DNA of 62,914 nt, the filler included, from Octopus bimaculoides (Eukaryota): the NCBI RefSeq assembly GCF_001194135.2. It is 4 parts of 4 records of this genome, joined end to end, with 100 filler letters (N's around TTAATTAATTAA, not from the genome) between each part and the next. Parts side by side here need not be neighbours in the genome. Positions count along the whole stretch, not along the records: positions 24,505 to 47,878 come from NC_069006.1; 3 more parts are not named here. One strand, 5' to 3'. The notes beneath the pieces are model-generated. The model was not told the DNA's origin, did not search any database, and saw only the letters and a list, made by a program, of their open reading frames with translations. The translations under genes were made by a program, and so were the position numbers. Of the stretch, positions 24,745-37,424 are shown in pieces (the stretch's first letter is position 1; every line of letters starts with the position of its first letter).

Positions 24745-25120
24745 TTTTATTCTTTTACTTGTTTCAATCATTTGACTGCGGCCATGCTGGAGCACCGCCT
24801 TTAGTTGAGCAAATCGACCCCATGACTTCTTTGAAAGCTTAGAACTCATTGTATCGGCCTCTTTTGCTGAACCGCTAGGTTATGGGGACATAAACACACC
24901 AGCATCGGTTGTCAAGTGATGTTAGGGAGACAAACACAGACACAGTAACATATACACGCACACACACACACATATATACATATATGCGATGGGCTCCTTT
25001 CAGTTTCCATCTACCAAATCCACTCACAAGGTAGAAGACACATGCCCAAGGTGCCACACAGTGGGACTGAACCCAGAACCAGCTGGTTGGTAAGCAAGCT
25101 ACTTACTACACAGCCACTCC
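24743..25120 (-). mobile_element. SINE family B
   Basis: Seen: reverse complement of ggagtggctgtgtagtaag..gggttcagtcccactg..ccttgggca; 3' ggtgctccagcatggccgcagtcaaatga. Confidence 0.85.
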
Positions 25121-25464
25121 TAAATTCAATGCACAAGATATGGATTTATGCAATCTAGTAGTAATCTCAAAAATACTCGTTTAGTGGATTAGACTACAAT
25201 CCAGATAGTAAGCCAATTTGTAGGAGCATAATATAGAGCCCCATGCAGTTAAAATGGAGTACTACGCAATTTAAAGCATACACACTAGTGCAGATGTGTA
25301 AAATAATTTATTATACACAAAAATATATTATATTTGCATGATGTCAGCTGTGAAATGGCTGTCATCCTAAGGATATCAACTGGTGAAATAAATATATTCA
25401 TCTCACTCCTCCTGGCTTTCTTGACATTCTCTCTCTCTCTCTATATATATATATAAACAATATA

Positions 25465-25800
25465 TGAGTATATGCATATATATGTACATGTATGTACATA
25501 CCTTCATCTACATGTACATATAGATACATAACTGGGTACATGACGTGGCAAAAAAACATGGACAAAATGATAAACAAGGTACAACAAACAAGCAGGCCAC
25601 ATAGAGAACATATCCTTCATCAGCTGCCACCATTAAAACACCGGCGTTTCGAAGAATTAAGGCAGTACACATCGTTAAAATGGTTCTTCCCATGAACACA
25701 AATTAAATTTTTTTCGTGGAGGATAGTGGCGGACAGGAAAACGAAACGGTGAAATAAACAAACAAAAAGGCTGTACAGTCAGACGTGGAGAAGTGTGTGT
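25465..25800 (-). mobile_element. Interspersed repeat family P (copy 2)
   Basis: Seen: homologous to 13310-13660. Confidence 0.65.
25611..25670 (-). ncRNA. Putative non-circularly permuted hammerhead (family P copy 2)
   Basis: Minus strand: GUGU-A-CUGCC-uuaauucuuc-GAAACGC-(15 nt)-GGCAG-CUGAUGA-AGGAUA. The helix III change C>U keeps pairing as G-U; helix II is shortened. Confidence 0.55.
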
Positions 25801-26419
25801 GTATTGAACACTGTGAAGCACGAACTGGAGAGGCGAAGCTTGGGGAGTCCAAGAACGAAAAGAAATAGCAACCGGACACAGAGAGAGAGAGAGAGAGGAC
25901 TTTGCACAAGATCTTTGTAAATGACATGGGAAAAGGTGCTTTGTACATAGCACTGGCACAGGTACTTTTTATGTGACACCAGCACAAGTGCTTTGTACAT
26001 GGAATGGGCGCAGGAAAAAGGCGACGTTAAACAATGATGAAGATGACAACGACGATATGTGTGTGTTTCTTACTATTTTCTCTTTGTTTCAGTGTTTGGT
26101 TTGCAGCCATCCTGGGCCACCACTTTGAAGAGTTTTAGTCACACAAACCGACCCCAGCACTTTTCCCTTTTTCGTCACCTTTTAAGCCTGCTACTTATTC
26201 CATCAGTTTCTTTCGTTGAATTGCTAGGTCACTGGGATGTGAACACACCAACACCAGTTGTCAAGTGGTGTGGTGTGGGGTCAACACAAACAAAAGTGAA
26301 ACCGTTTTCATAATCAATGTACTTCTAATTAATTCAACGTTGATTAGCATGTGTTCATTATGGTTTGGTATTTCTTCTCGTTGTGTCTGGCCTCGTTTCC
26401 ATTCTTTAATCAGGGGCAC

Positions 26420-26442
26420 CTCTTACTGCTTCCGGCACCCCT

Positions 26443-26473
<31 letters not shown>

Positions 26474-27395
26474 CTCTCTTTCTCTACCTCTCATCCCCCT
26501 TCTCTGCCCTCCTTTGTCTCTCTCTCTCTTTATCTCTATCTCTGTCACTCTTTCTCTATAGATGCCTCTTATCTTTCTCTCTTTTTATTTCCTTTTTTTC
26601 TCTCCTTCTCTCTCTGCCCCTTCTCTTTAACCTTCCTCCTCTATCCTTCTAGCTATCTCTCCCTCTCTAATTCTCTTTCTCTGTCCTACACATGCTTCTT
26701 CTCTCTTTCTCACACCCTCTCTCTCACACACCCTGTCTTCCTCTCTCTCTCTCTTTCACACACACATACACACTCTCTCTCTCTCCTTCTTTCTCTTTCT
26801 CATACACACACACACACACACACACACAGAAGCATCAACCAGTCATAAAAAACGCCCTCACACATACGTTTCTGTGTCTGTTCTGATCTTCATAATATTA
26901 CCGTTCTCTTCTTCCCCTGCTGTCACCCCTCCCCCACATCTCTCTCTCTCCCTCTACTATTTTCTCTCCATTATATTCATTATTGTCAAGATAGAAAAAG
27001 AAAGAAAAAAAGCCTTTCACTTCAATCATTTGTGCTCACGTGTGCACACACACACACACACACTCGCACACATGCATGCATACACACCTGTGTGAGTGTG
27101 GAGAGAAAGGACACACTTCAGTAGAGCTGTTACTATAGTTACAGGCAGACTGATGACAACAATAGTGATGATCATGATAATGTTGAGGAGGAGGAGGAGG
27201 ACGATAACGACAGCAGTGACGATGATGATGATGATGATGATGGTGATGACAATAACAATGATGATGATAATGCTGCTGTGGCTGCTGCTTCTGATGACAG
27301 GAATAGGATTGATGGTGATGATGATGATGATGATGATGGTGACGACGGTGGTGGTGGTGGTTGTGATGATGATGATGATGAAGTTGACCATGGCG
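26420..27395. repeat. Low-complexity block: CT-rich tract, (CA)n, then mixed (GAT)/(GGT)/(GAG) trinucleotides
   Basis: Seen directly; source of the SL-, poly-H, poly-S and poly-M ORFs. Confidence 0.9.
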
Positions 27396-27667
27396 ACAAT
27401 GGTGTCTCCGAATGTAATTACAGACTGGAATCTCTCCCCCTCCACCCCCTTTTGTTAAAAGATAAGATTCTGTTTTCAATCAAGGTGAATTAGTTTATCC
27501 TCCAAGCATGGCAGCCTTAAATTTGGAAACAAACAAACAAACAAACAAATAAATAAATAAAATTCTTCAAATTTTTTTATTCTTTGACTTGTTTCAGTTA
27601 TCAGACTTCAGCCATGCTGGAGCACCGCCTTGGATAATGTTTTTCACCCCATGAGCAAAGCTAGGAG

Positions 27668-27710
<43 letters not shown>

Positions 27711-27734
27711 GCTTTGTAGTATTTATTCTGGCAC

Positions 27735-28178
27735 TTTACATTTTGAGTTTGTTTGAATCTCATGAAGTCAAAACTGCCTTTCATCCTTCCAAGGGTTGAT
27801 AAAATAAAATAAAGTAAAAGTACCAGTGAAGTACAGGAGATCAACAGTATCAACAAGCACCTCTCCCCTATCAAAAAATGTTGTCCTTGCACATTGTCAT
27901 CACCATTTAGCATTTGTTCCTCATGCTGGATTGAACTCAGAACATTGAGCTGGAAGAAAAGCCGTTATAAATAACAATAATTCTTTCTGTTATTGGTACA
28001 AGGCCTGAATTTTGGGGAAGGGGGTAAGTTGATTACATTGACCCCAGTACTCAAACGGTACATATCTTACCAAGCCCAACATCTGATGAAGGGTGAAGTT
28101 GACATTGGCAGAATTTGAGATGAAATGCCATTGAGCATTTTGCTTGGCTTACTAACGATTCAGCCAGCTCACCACCTT
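27735..28178. mobile_element. Two diverged SINE A copies, tail-to-tail (plus 27735-27895, minus 27985-28178)
   Basis: Seen: ctgcctttcatccttcc..gataaaa..gtaccag on plus; acaaggcctgaattttgggga..gccagctcaccacctt on minus. Confidence 0.65.
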
Positions 28179-28597
28179 AATAATGATGATGATGATGATA
28201 ATAATAATAACTTCTTTTATTGGCCAAGATACAGGGATTGCAGAGAGAGAAAAAGTGATACCTCTGACGAGTAAATCCTTTAATGAAGAAAATGCTCAAA
28301 ACAGGTACATCTATGTCTATATGTGTGTATGTGTGAGAGAGAAAGAGAGATTAAAAAAACATGTCAAAAGACTTCATACTGTGGCACTGGTTCCTTCTGC
28401 CAGTCAGCAAGCACCATTGTGCATTATGTAATAAAATCTGTAAATCTTTGGTGGGGCTCAAGAGTCATACAAAGGCCTCGCATTGCATTATCAAAGACTC
28501 ATTTTAATGATTCTTTCTAGCAATGGCTTTTGCTCATATATAAGAAAGCAGATACTATATATCTTTATTTATGGATTTTTGAAAACATGGGACTGAC

Positions 28598-28850
28598 TCC
28601 TGTGCAGGTGGCATGTAAAAAAACACCATTTTAAGCGTGGCCGTTGCCAGTACAGCCAGACTGGCCCTCATGCCGGTGGCACGTAAAAAGCACCCACTGC
28701 ACTCTCGGAGTGGTTGGCATTAGGACGGACATCCAGCTGTAGAAACTCTTCCTGATCAGATTGGAGCCTGGTGTAGCCACCTGGTTTGCCAGTCCCCAGT
28801 CAAATTGTCCGACCCATGCTAGCATGGAAAGCGGACGTTAAATGAATGAA
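28598..28850 (+). mobile_element. SINE family C (agg(a)aggGCATCCAGC core, ccatgctagcatggaaagcggacgttaaa tail)
   Basis: Seen: homologous to 37425-37690 and 37735-37935; the tail resembles RTE-type 3' ends (inference). Confidence 0.7.
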
Positions 28851-28859
28851 ATGAAATGA

Positions 28860-29420
28860 TTTTATTAGCCATGAAGGCCCAGGACTTGGAGGACAATATC
28901 AAAAGACAGGTTACAACACTCAAAAACATACACAACAAAACAAAAAAAAATAACAAGAACACTCAGAGAGTGCAAATCTCTGCCAAACCCACACCAACAT
29001 CCTCTCAATGATTAGCCAGAGATGATTTTTAAAAGGAGAATATCTGAAATAAACTCGACTGCTCTCACAAATGAGAATACTAAAAATGAACCCAACTCCT
29101 CTTAAAAATTAAGTAAAAAAACAGATCAATAATCCAGAATCCTTGTCCGGTACCAGATTGATCTCCAAATCTAATCAGTTCATGCCAGTCATGAGGCCAA
29201 ACATCCCTGAAGGTTTCATCCGAATCCATCCTGACATATCTTGTCTCCGGACAAACAAACATGACTGACAAACCAAACCTCCGCCTTCGTTAAGGTGGAG
29301 GTAATAATCATTTCTTTTAATATCCACGAGGGCCCAAGACATGGAGTACAATATCGAAAGACAAGATACAGCACCCAAAAGAAACTAAATAAATAAATAA
29401 AACATACACAACAAAACAAA
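28860..29420 (-). mobile_element. Two 3'-end fragments related to the L1/Tx1 family at 49.9 kb
   Basis: Seen: ttttattagcc..ggccc..acttggaggacaatatcaaaaga (28860) and ggcccaagacatggagtacaatatcgaaaga (about 29330) resemble tttattggccacaaggcctcgagacatggaggacaatatcgaaga (49925). Confidence 0.45.
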
Positions 29421-29564
29421 AAAAAAATAATGATTTCATTTATTTGTTTCTTGGGTGAAGGATGAGAACAGTACAAAGATAAAGACAAAGTCTAGGGGTT
29501 TACATAGAATGAAAAGATAAAATAGATAAATAAATAACAAAACACAAAAACAAAAAAGTAAGTA

Positions 29565-29971
29565 TTACTCTTTTACTTATTTCAGTCATTTGACTGCGGC
29601 CATGCTGGAGCACCACCTTTAGTCGAGCAAATCGACCCCAGGACTTATTCTTTGTAAGCCTAGTACTTATTCTATCGGTCTCTTTTGCCAAGTCGCTAAG
29701 TGACGGGGACATAAACACACCACCATCGGTTGTCAAGCAATGTTGGTGGGGGCAAACACAGACACATAAAACATATACACACACATACATATATATATAT
29801 ATACACACATATATATGACAGGCTTCTTTCAGTTTCCGTCTACCAAATCCACTCACAAGGCTTTGGTCGGCCCGAGGCTATAGTAGAAGACACTTGCCCA
29901 AGGTGCCACGCAGTGGGACTGAACCCGGAACCATGTGGTTCGTAAGCATGCTACTTACCACACAGCCACTC
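29565..29971 (-). mobile_element. SINE family B, full length and well preserved
   Basis: Seen: head gagtggctgtgtggtaag (A-box-like) .. ccgggttcagtccc (B-box-like) .. ccttgggcaagtgtcttc, central (TA/CA)n, tail gtaaaagagtaa. Confidence 0.9.
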
Positions 29972-29978
29972 AATAATG

Positions 29979-30570
29979 ATTTAAAATTTTTGCTACAGGA
30001 GCAGCTTGAGAAAGGGGATTAAGTTGATTGCCTTGACCCCGTCGACCTTGGCGGAATTTGAACTCAGAACGTAATGATGGATGAAATACCGCTGAGCGTT
30101 TCACCTGATGTGCTAACGATTCTGCCAGCCTGCCACCCTGGCAATAATAATAATGGTCTCAAATTTTGCCACAAGGGCAGCTGTTTTAGGGAAAGGGATG
30201 TGTTGATTACATCGACCCCAGTATTCAACTGGTACTTAATTTATTGATCCTGAAAGGATGAAAGGCAAAGTCAACCTCAATGGAATCTGAACTCAGAACG
30301 TAGCCTCAGTCGAAATACCGCTAAGCATTTAATTGAGTTTGCTAACGATTCTGCCAGCTCACCACCTTTAATTATAATAATAATCCTTTCTACTTCAAGC
30401 ACAAGGCCTGAAATTTGGGGGAGGGGTAAGTTGATTACATCGACCCCTGTACTTAATTTATCAACTCCAAAAGGATGAAAGGCAAAGATGAGATCAGCAG
30501 AATTTGAACTCAAAACATAGCAGTAGACAAAATACGGCTAAGCATTTCGTCTGGCGCCAGCTTTCCGCCT

Positions 30571-30632
<62 letters not shown>

Positions 30633-31512
30633 TTCAAATTTTTGCCACAGGGGCAGCTTGGGGGAGGTGAGGATGAGTTGATTACATCGATCCCAGTGTT
30701 CAACTGGTACTTATTTTATCAACCCCAAAAGGATGAAGGATAATTTTGAACTCAGAACGTAAGAACGGTCGAAATGCCGAGAAGCATTTTGTCCAGCACG
30801 CTAACAATTCTTATTTCTTTATTGCCCACAAGGGGCTAAACTTAGAGGGGACAAACAAGGACAGGCAAAGGGATTAAATCGATTACATCGACCCCAGTGC
30901 GTAACTGGTACTTAATTTATCAACCCCAAAAGGATGAAAGGCAAAGTCGACCTTGGCGGAATTTGAACTCAGAACGTAACGGCAGACGAAATACCGCTAA
31001 GCATTTCGCCCGGTGTGCTAACGTTTCTGCCAGTTCACCACCTTAATAATAAGAATAATGATTTCAAATTTTGGCACAAGGCCAGCAATTTTGGGGAGGG
31101 GATTAATTGATTACATTAATCCCAGCACTCAACTTGTATGGAAGGTAAAGTCAATCTCGGCAGAATTTGGACTCAGAATATTACGATAGGCGAAATACCA
31201 CTAAGCATTTCGTCCAGTACGCTAACAATTCTGCCAGCTTGCTTGGTACAAAGACAGAATGCTTGAAGCGAGAAGAGTAGGCAATACTATCAACCCCAAC
31301 ATATGACTGGTACTTTATTTTATTGACTCTAGAAGGATGAAAGGTAAACTTGAGCCTCAGCAGGTTTTGAACTCAGAATGTAAATAGCAAAAGATTATGA
31401 TTGTTGCTCACTTAGTCATAGGGCCTACAATTTTAAGGGAGGGGGATGTCTATTACATTGACCCCCAGTACATGACTGGTACTTATTTTATCGACCCTGG
31501 AAGGATGAAAGG
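29979..31512 (-). mobile_element. Head-to-tail array of about 8 SINE A copies (some partial), several separated by (AAT)n
   Basis: Seen: recurring aatttgaactcagaacgta..gaaataccgctaagcattt..ctgccagc units at about 29979, 30155, 30384, 30632, 30811, 31060, 31250 and 31420; the 30811-31044 copy is the most intact. Confidence 0.85.
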
Positions 31513-32939
31513 CAACACCAACACTGGTTGTCAAGCGGTGGAGTGGGGGGAGACAAAAAGACAGGTACATGCATACACACAGAGATACATACATACAAGT
31601 TCAGGTTTATACCTGTAATTATACCTACTTAAATACCAATCTTAAGAAATAAGGCTTCTCAAAACCAGAAAAGAGAAAGCTAATTCGAAGACTACAGATC
31701 CAATCCATCACTGAAACTGTAAAAGTTTCCAGACGTTTATCATTTAAATATGCATGAGTATGTCTAGATGTGCAACTATTTGCATGAGAATGCTCACACA
31801 AAACATACATACAAACAAAAGTACACTTTTGTTGATGTTGAAATTCCAACGAAGGAAGCTTGGACTTAGATTAGAAACCGGTTCTTTCTCTATTGGCAAG
31901 AAATCTTGAAATAAACTGAACAATGACATCAATACATACATGCAAATGGTCATGGCATCTGAGACTCTAAAAAATCTGCAAGACCTTACAGGATGAGAGT
32001 TAAATCAAGATATTTACTTTCACAAATGTGTTACTAAGTCGGTGACCGGTCAAAATTTATTCTAAATTAAAAAAGAAAAAAAGACATGCATACATGTATA
32101 CGTACGTACGCACGCATGCAAAATTTACTCTAAATTAAAAAGAGAGCACACACACACACGACGGTCTCCTTTCTACCTACCAAATCTACACTCACAAGGC
32201 TTCGGTCGGCCCAAGCCTATAATAGAAGGTACTTGCCCAGATGCCACAAGGTGGGACTGAACCCGAAGCCATGTGGTTGGGAAGCAATCTTCATACCACA
32301 CAGTCACACCTGTGCGTAAGGTCACGCGCTTTTCGTTTATACCGCAAGGTTAACTTTTGTCATCGATGCTGTAACGATCCACCACCATAAGATAAATATA
32401 TAATAATGTTTAATTTACGCAAAAGCCCAGCAATTTCGAGGGAATGTGTGAGTGTGCGTGCGTATGGATGTCAGTCGATGGTATTATTGATTCCGAAGGA
32501 ACGAAAGAGAAAACTGAGCACCCGGATTTGAACTCGGAACGTAAAGAAGAAATACAGGTATTGTATCCGATGTCATAACGACCCCTTAGGTGAATAAATA
32601 ATCATTTTTAATTTACGAACAAGGCCAGTAATTTTAAAGAAATATGTGAGTGTGGAGGGGGAATTGTCGATGTTATCGACCCCGGAGGAACGAAAAGCAG
32701 AGTTGACTTCGACTGGGTTTGATCTCAGAACGTAAAGAACAATGTAAAAATACCGTGATTTATTAATCCAGCAGGTTGAGGGGAGTAGCATACATTGCAC
32801 AAATTTCTGAAAGCCTTGGACACGTGCTTGCTGGTTCCTAGGGAAAATTGCGAACCTTCGTTCTTTCTTTTCTTTTTGCGAGTGAGTGTGTCTGTGCGTA
32901 TCTGTATGTATGTGTGACTGCGTGTTGCGCTTCTATTCA

Positions 32940-33190
32940 TTCACCCGCTTGCTCCTCCTTCTCCTGCTCCTCCTCTTTTCCTCCCCCCTCCTCCTCCTCC
33001 TTATTTTAATTTGTTTTTTTTCTCCTTCGTCGTTGTCGTAGTTGTAGTTGTGGTCGTCGTCAACTTCCGCTTCCTGGTGAATCCATCAGCAGCAGAAGCG
33101 GCAGGCTTCTGTTGATGGTGGGAGGAGGAGGAGGAGAAAGCGGAGGAAGGGGAGTGTGCGAGTGAATGAGCGAGAGGCGAGGTGGGAGGG
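32940..33190. promoter_or_regulatory. Candidate promoter/5' UTR: CpG- and purine-tract-rich unique segment with tandem ETS-type motif
   Basis: Seen: ACTTCCGCTTCCT (reverse complement AGGAAGCGGAAGT) at 33063-33075 in a locally GC/CpG-rich stretch outside recognisable TEs. Promoter role is inference. Confidence 0.3.
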
Positions 33191-34990
33191 GTTAACGTTA
33201 TTCGTCTCATTTACATACATCTACATAACACGTACGTATAGACATATACGCACGCATACACACCAATTTACACACACACACACACACATACACGAACAAG
33301 AGTGCGTGCGCGCACACCTCCACACGCGCGCACTGTGTAACGCATTATTAACGAACTAACAACAATAACAACATTACTAAGTACGTGATTATACACGTAC
33401 ATACACATATATATATGTACATACATACATACATATATGTATACATATATACATGTCTTTATCGTCTTGTTGCTCTGCTGTTTTTATCCTCTATAATTTA
33501 ATGTCACACACTTTTATGTATTTGACGTAAAATATCTTTTAATTCGGATATTTCTAAGAGTTCTTACGGTGATTATAATTATTATTATTATTAGTGTTGT
33601 TGTTGTTGTTATTTGTTAAGTTAAGGTAACGAAACGTGATTCTGAACCTGGAAACAGCTGAAATAACCTCTTTCAACCCAAATTATGATTTCTAGAAGGT
33701 AAGTAATGATGATGATAATGATAATAAGTATTATTATAATTGTGATTTAAAAAAAAAATTATAATATTTAATTATAGTTGATGTTCATAATCTGTTCTTT
33801 CTATCTGTTGATGTTTTGTGTTCATATCATAGGTTTTAAATATGTTATATATGTGTGTCTATATGTACGCACATGTATATACATGTGTCTGTGTGTATAT
33901 ACATACACACATACAGACAAGTGTGTATGATATGTAGATAAGTGTATATACGTACACATAAATACGTATACAATTTTATATATATACACACACAGGTAGA
34001 GACGGACTATATGTAATCTGAACCTTCCCCCCCCCCTTATTTATTAATTTTTTTTACGGAATCCCACGTTTTAGGCTATGGAGATTCCGATTCTGAAAAA
34101 AAATTGTTTGAAAAATGTCNNNNNNNNNNNNNNNNNNNNNNNNNNNNNNNNNNNNNNNNNNNNNNNNNNNNNNNNNNNNNNNNNNNNNNNNNNNNNNNNN
34201 NNNNNNNNNNNNNNNNNNNNNNNNNNNNNNNNNNNNNNNNNNNNNNNNNNNNNNNNNNNNNNNNNNNNNNNNNNNNNNNNNNNNNNNNNNNNNNNNNNNN
34301 NNNNNNNNNNNNNNNNNNNNNNNNNNNNNNNNNNNNNNNNNNNNNNNNNNNNNNNNNNNNNNNNNNNNNNNNNNNNNNNNNNNNNNNNNNNNNNNNNNNN
34401 NNNNNNNNNNNNNNNNNNNNNNNNNNNNNNNNNNNNNNNNNNNNNNNNNNNNNNNNNNNNNNNNNNNNNNNNNNNNNNNNNNNNNNNNNNNNNNNNNNNN
34501 NNNNNNNNNNNNNNNNNNNNNNNNNNNNNNNNNNNNNNNNNNNNNNNNNNNNNNNNNNNNNNNNNNNNNNNNNNNNNNNNNNNNNNNNNNNNNNNNNNNN
34601 NNNNNNNNNNNNNNNNNNNNNNNNNNNNNNNNNNNNNNNNNNNNNNNNNNNNNNNNNNNNNNNNNNNNNNNNNNNNNNNNNNNNNNNNNNNNNNNNNNNN
34701 NNNNNNNNNNNNNNNNNNNNNNNNNNNNNNNNNNNNNNNNNNNNNNNNNNNNNNNNNNNNNNNNNNNNNNNNNNNNNNNNNNNNNNNNNNNNNNNNNNNN
34801 NNNNNNNNNNNNNNNNNNNNNNNNNNNNNNNNNNNNNNNNNNNNNNNNNNNNNNNNNNNNNNNNNNNNNNNNNNNNNNNNNNNNNNNNNNNNNNNNNNNN
34901 NNNNNNNNNNNNNNNNNNNNNNNNNNNNNNNNNNNNNNNNNNNNNNNNNNNNNNNNNNNNNNNNNNNNNNNNNNNNNNNNNNNNNNNNNN

Positions 34991-35029
<39 letters not shown>

Positions 35030-35562
35030 AGAATCTTGCAAAACGAATATATAAACGTATATATACTCGTATATAGACATATTCTCGTATATGTACACAT
35101 ATTTACACAATACTCATATACTTACACACACACACATTCTATTCAATTTTCGTTTTTTAAATTTAATTTACTCTCACTCGATATTCATTTTATTGGTCTT
35201 CTAAAAATATCAACATCTTCCTTAGGATGTTCTCAACTAATCCAGATTTAAAGAGAATTAAAGTTTAATTCGACTTTTAATTGTTTTCTTCTTCTTTACC
35301 TCGGTGCCCGATGTAAACTTTCGCAGTCCCGTGTGAGAATCTTGCATGTGTGTATGTTTATATTCGTATGTATAATGTATGTAAATAGTGCCTTGTTTCG
35401 TTGTGTAGCCCAGGTCAGCCCCGATTGAGTCGATGCATGATGAAAGGCGCTCTAATCGGGACCATTCCAACCTTTTATACATCTACGTCTCTCTTGTATG
35501 GATGTATAATGTACTTAAACTAGTCGAGCCGAACCTGTTCACACGCATCAATGTGTATGTGC

Positions 35563-35603
<41 letters not shown>

Positions 35604-35725
35604 AGAGAGAGAGAGAGACGTGTGTTTATAACGTAAATGGTTCGGGATTTGTATAAAACGTATGCTTTTACAGTATATCGAAGGGGTTATTGTCAGTTTT
35701 TGTATTGTGTAAATGTGTTTAAAAC

Positions 35726-35770
<45 letters not shown>

Positions 35771-35876
35771 GTGTTATATACATATATGATTTATATAGCG
35801 CTTGTTGATTTCATTGTTCTTTTTCTGTACAAGCAAATGGGTGGTTTTAAACAGTTATGTCTTCAGTTTTGCGAGT

Positions 35877-35912
<36 letters not shown>

Positions 35913-36214
35913 TCGAACGTGGTCCTTTTGATTTATAAACGTTCACACTGTCGCCCTTCATAAAAGATTTTATTGTCATATATATATATATATATATAAA
36001 TGTATAAAATCTTCTGGTATAATTTGCCTATACAGATGTAATTTGTTATATACATACACACACACACACATTATGTATATATGAATGTATGTATGTAATA
36101 ATTGACCTTGTGTAATTCTGTGAAAAAGAATGAGTTTTCACCTCAATTTCAAACGTAACAGTTATTTATTGGCAACCTGGCCGGATATTTTGCTATATTT
36201 CTTCCGGTCCTTTG

Positions 36215-36720
36215 CGTTAACAGTTCAAATTCTGTTGATGTCGATTTTACCTTCCATTCTTCCGAGTAACAATAAAATAAGTACCAGTCGAGTGCTGGTG
36301 TCAATGGAATTGGTTAACTCTTCCTCCCAAAATTTCAGGCCTTGTGCCTTTATAAGAAATAATTATTATTCGGCGAGCCGGCAGAATTGTTAGCGTACGG
36401 GACAAAATGCCTGGTGTCCGGTGACATTTCTTCGGGTTTTTACACACTGATTTCAAATTAAGCGGAGGTCGACCTTACCTTTTATCCTTTCGTAGTCGAT
36501 AAGGTACCAGTTGGGTTCTGGGATACATGTAATCGCCTTACTACCTCCACAAAATTGCAGGCTTGTACCTAAATTAGAAATGATTATGAAATTTTTGCTT
36601 TTTAGTTCGTGTTCAAAATCTGCTGAGGTAAACTTTATCTTTCATTCCTCTAGGGGTCGATAATCTATAGTATTAGTTATGCACTGGGGGCGTGGGGGGG
36701 GGGCAGTGTTATCACCTAGC
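36215..36720 (+). mobile_element. Three tandem SINE A copies
   Basis: Seen: gttcaaattc.., cggcgagccggcagaattgttagc.., gttcaaaatctgctgaggt..; tails aggccttgtgcc / aggcttgtacc followed by attatt. Confidence 0.7.
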
Positions 36721-36749
36721 CTTCTCTCTTAATAAAAATGTTCTCTGCA

Positions 36750-37160
36750 GGTGCAGGCTATGTAGTCAAGAAGCTTGCTTCCCAACCATGTGGTCTTGGT
36801 TTCAGTTACACTGGACACCATCTTGGGCAAGTGTTGTCTGCTATAGTTCCTGGTCAACCAATTCTTTGAGTAGATTTGGTAGTCAGAAACTAAAAGAAAC
36901 CCATAGGCAAGGCGTGGCAAGGAGCTTGCTTCCCAACCACATGGTTTCGGGTTCAGTCCCACTGTGTGGCATCTTGGGCAAGTGTCTTCTACTGTAGCCT
37001 CAGACCGACCAAAGCCTTGTGAGTGGATTTATTAGATGGAAACCGAAAGAAGCTCATTGTGTGATGGCTTGTTTCCTATCCCCACTGCTTGACAACTGGT
37101 GTTGGTGTGTTTATGTCCCCATTACTTAGCAGTTCAGCAAAAAGAGTGATAAAATATGTA
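36750..37160 (+). mobile_element. SINE family B with duplicated 5' half (two heads in tandem)
   Basis: Seen: agcttgcttcccaaccatgtgg..cttgggcaagtgttg and again ggagcttgcttcccaaccacatgg..cttgggcaagtgtctt. Confidence 0.8.
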
Positions 37161-37424
37161 CTATACTTAGCAAAAAATGTAAGAAACTTTTTTCAAAATT
37201 CCTATTTTACTTTTCACATATTCACTCCTGGTGGGCTGAAATATGTCACCTAAAGCAAAATTTCATGTGTGAACCCCCAGGGGCCTTATAGACTCTGATT
37301 GAAAACCACTGCTGTAGCTGGATGTCACCCAGTTTACAGAGTACTCTGGGTGCATTTTTTTGTGGTACCCCCACTAACGGTAGTTGCTTCTTGCAAGGTT
37401 AAGAGCTAAAAGTGGCCCCAATGA

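Noticed and set aside
27026-27493. His-rich, Ser-rich and Asp/Gly-rich ORFs resembling metal-binding or biomineral proteins
   Set aside because: Several overlapping frames on both strands are open simply because the DNA is GAT/GGT/GAG repeats; there is no unique coding context or splice support.
29979-31512. Repeat array as CRISPR or satellite
   Set aside because: Units are about 200-bp diverged SINE copies with variable tails; eukaryotic context, no short constant repeat with unique spacers, no cas genes.
33685-35266. Gene model joining ATG ATT TCT AGA AG|gt to the acceptor near 35225
   Set aside because: The joined frame stops after about 18 codons, spans a large N gap, and resembles no known protein.
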